Assembly: GCF_019977195.1 (NCBI RefSeq)
Contig: NZ_AP024643.1
Span: forward strand, 4,296,887-4,320,886
DNA: 24,000 bases
Reading direction: 5' to 3'
Origin: Arthrobacter sp. StoSoilA2
GTDB taxonomy: Bacteria > Actinomycetota > Actinomycetes > Actinomycetales > Micrococcaceae
Part shown: piece after piece, positions 22,682 through 24,000 of the stretch
How positions within the stretch are numbered: the first letter of the stretch is position 1
How the letters are laid out: the number at the start of each line of letters is the position of its first letter
Program-made: the position numbers and the translations under genes
Notes under the pieces: model-generated
Database searches by the model: none
Seen by the model: only the letters and a program-made list of their open reading frames with translations
Told to the model about the DNA's origin: nothing

Positions 22682-24000
22682 ATGACGCCCCCGACGCAAA
22701 ACCCCGCCCCGCCAAACGGCTCCGGGGTTTACCGCGATCACTGGGGAATCCCCCATCTGTGGGCCGGGTCCGCGGATGAACTCGCCTTCCTGCAGGGCAT
22801 GAACGCAGCAACGGATCGATCATGGCAGATTGAGCTGGAGCGCTGGCGCTCGGAGGGCCGCATGGCTGAAGTTTTAGGGCCCGATGCGGTGGTGTGGGAT
22901 CGTTTTGCCCGCCAGTCCCGGCTGAACGAGACTGCCCGCCATTGTTTCAACGGGCTGGATCCCGCAACCCAACGATGGGTTGGCCAGTATGTTGCAGGCG
23001 TCAACCACGCGCTGGCCAACAATCTGCGCGGCGGGCCCGAATTTGACGGTTCCGGCAGCGCACCCGAACCGTGGAACCCTTGGACGCCGCTAGGGGTGTT
23101 CCTGGTGCATCACATTCTGTTCTCCACCTTCCCCAACAAACTTTTCCGCGCCCACGTGGCCAGGACGCTGGGCCACGATGCCATCAGCTTGTTCAGCATC
23201 GAAGCCCCGGTCTGGTCCGGCAGCAACGCGTGGGCGGTCCACGGCTCAATGACCGCGAGCGGACTCCCCCTGATCGCCGGCGACCCACACCGCCTCATGG
23301 AACTCCCCGGTGTGTACCAGCAGGTTCGGCTTGCGTGCCCGGAGTTCGACGCAGTCGGCTTCGCGTTTCCCGGCGTCCCCGGGCTGCCGCATTTTGGCCA
23401 CACCGGAAAGACCGCCTGGGCCGTCACCAACGCCATGGCCGACTACCAGGACCTCTTCGAAGAGCAGTTGCGCCGCGTCCCCGCCCCGGAGGCGGGTGGC
23501 GAGCGCGTCGAGGCGCACGGCCCGCGAGGCTGGGAACCCGCCGTCGTAAGTAGCGAAACCATCCACATCCGTCATGGCGACTCTGTAGGCACAGAGACAG
23601 TGGAGATCATCGAGACCGCCCGCGGTCCAGTGATCTCGGAAACGCCCGACGGCGCCGCGTTGAGTTTGCGTTTCCCGGCGCAGGTTGAGGGGCGGCTCGG
23701 TTTCGAAGCCCTCCTGCCGCTGCTGAGAAGCGGGAGTGTGGGCGACGTCGAAGCAGCCTTCGATTCGTGGGTGGAACCGGTCAACAGCGTCGTGACTGCT
23801 GATGCTGCCGGAGCGGTACGGCATTTCGTGGCTGGATTGGTTCCCCAACGAAATCCGGCCAACCGTCGGTTGCCTGCTCCGGCGTTGTCGGCACGGCATG
23901 CCTGGGACGGCGATTACATTGTCCTGCCGCGCACAGAGGTCCAACGGCTTGCAGTCAGCGCCAATGATCGTGCTGCAGGCGGCGGCGAGGCCGTAGCGAT
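22682..24000 (+). CDS. Penicillin acylase (Ntn-hydrolase) family protein, 3'-truncated by the window edge
   Basis: Absent from the ORF track because it has no stop in the window. I translated the frame from the ATG at 22682 to 24000 by hand and found no stop. An in-frame TGA at 22664-22666 excludes a longer N-terminus. Motifs present are VYRDHWGIPHLWA, FLQGMNAATDRSWQIE, the self-processing site WSG/SNAWAV, GDPHR, and SANDR. Confidence 0.85.
   Translation, partial: MTPPTQNPAPPNGSGVYRDHWGIPHLWAGSADELAFLQGMNAATDRSWQIELERWRSEGRMAEVLGPDAVVWDRFARQSRLNETARHCFNGLDPATQRWVGQYVAGVNHALANNLRGGPEFDGSGSAPEPWNPWTPLGVFLVHHILFSTFPNKLFRAHVARTLGHDAISLFSIEAPVWSGSNAWAVHGSMTASGLPLIAGDPHRLMELPGVYQQVRLACPEFDAVGFAFPGVPGLPHFGHTGKTAWAVTNAMADYQDLFEEQLRRVPAPEAGGERVEAHGPRGWEPAVVSSETIHIRHGDSVGTETVEIIETARGPVISETPDGAALSLRFPAQVEGRLGFEALLPLLRSGSVGDVEAAFDSWVEPVNSVVTADAAGAVRHFVAGLVPQRNPANRRLPAPALSARHAWDGDYIVLPRTEVQRLAVSANDRAAGGGEAVA

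Noticed and set aside
23071-23944. Track ORFs 23071..23553 (+) and 23246..23944 (-)
   Set aside because: They are alternate-frame or antisense to the open penicillin-acylase frame, which carries the family's diagnostic motifs. The 23071 ORF is an Arg/Pro-rich frame artefact.

Overview
High-GC actinobacterial chromosomal segment. Gene content and an apparent SAM-IV riboswitch suggest Actinomycetales/Micrococcales, possibly Arthrobacter-like, but this cannot be verified here. I support about 23 tightly packed protein genes. I found no rRNA, tRNA, CRISPR array, transposase, integrase or recognisable defence genes. In order: ribokinase; a small membrane protein divergent from a TetR regulator; an LMW protein-tyrosine phosphatase translationally coupled to an unusual P-loop::PabB fusion; cardiolipin synthase (opposite strand); PabC-like lyase; a LysP-like amino-acid permease with terminator; an AhpD/CMD-family protein; a coupled GMC flavoprotein oxidase / standalone PAS / DUF985-type cupin operon; a hairpin followed by 4.4 copies of a 32-bp tandem repeat; a coupled minus-strand operon of NtaA/DszA-type LLM monooxygenase, a histidine-ammonia-lyase homologue without the Ala-Ser-Gly MIO triad, and a CysK/CBS-fold PLP enzyme; divergent from it, a SAM-IV-like riboswitch controlling small protein / rhodanese / MetZ / membrane protein; a YbdK-type carboxylate-amine ligase; a 27-bp compound hairpin; an XRE-HTH::MurA-like enolpyruvyl transferase fusion; and a signal-peptide-less penicillin-acylase-family gene that runs off the window. 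The best candidate for an undescribed system is the LLM / MIO-less lyase / CBS-like operon, with its repeat-bearing 3' region, next to the SAM-regulated sulfur-assimilation operon. The HTH::MurA fusion, the GMC-PAS-cupin operon and the P-loop::PabB fusion are secondary candidates. All family assignments come from motif recognition by eye, not from searches.
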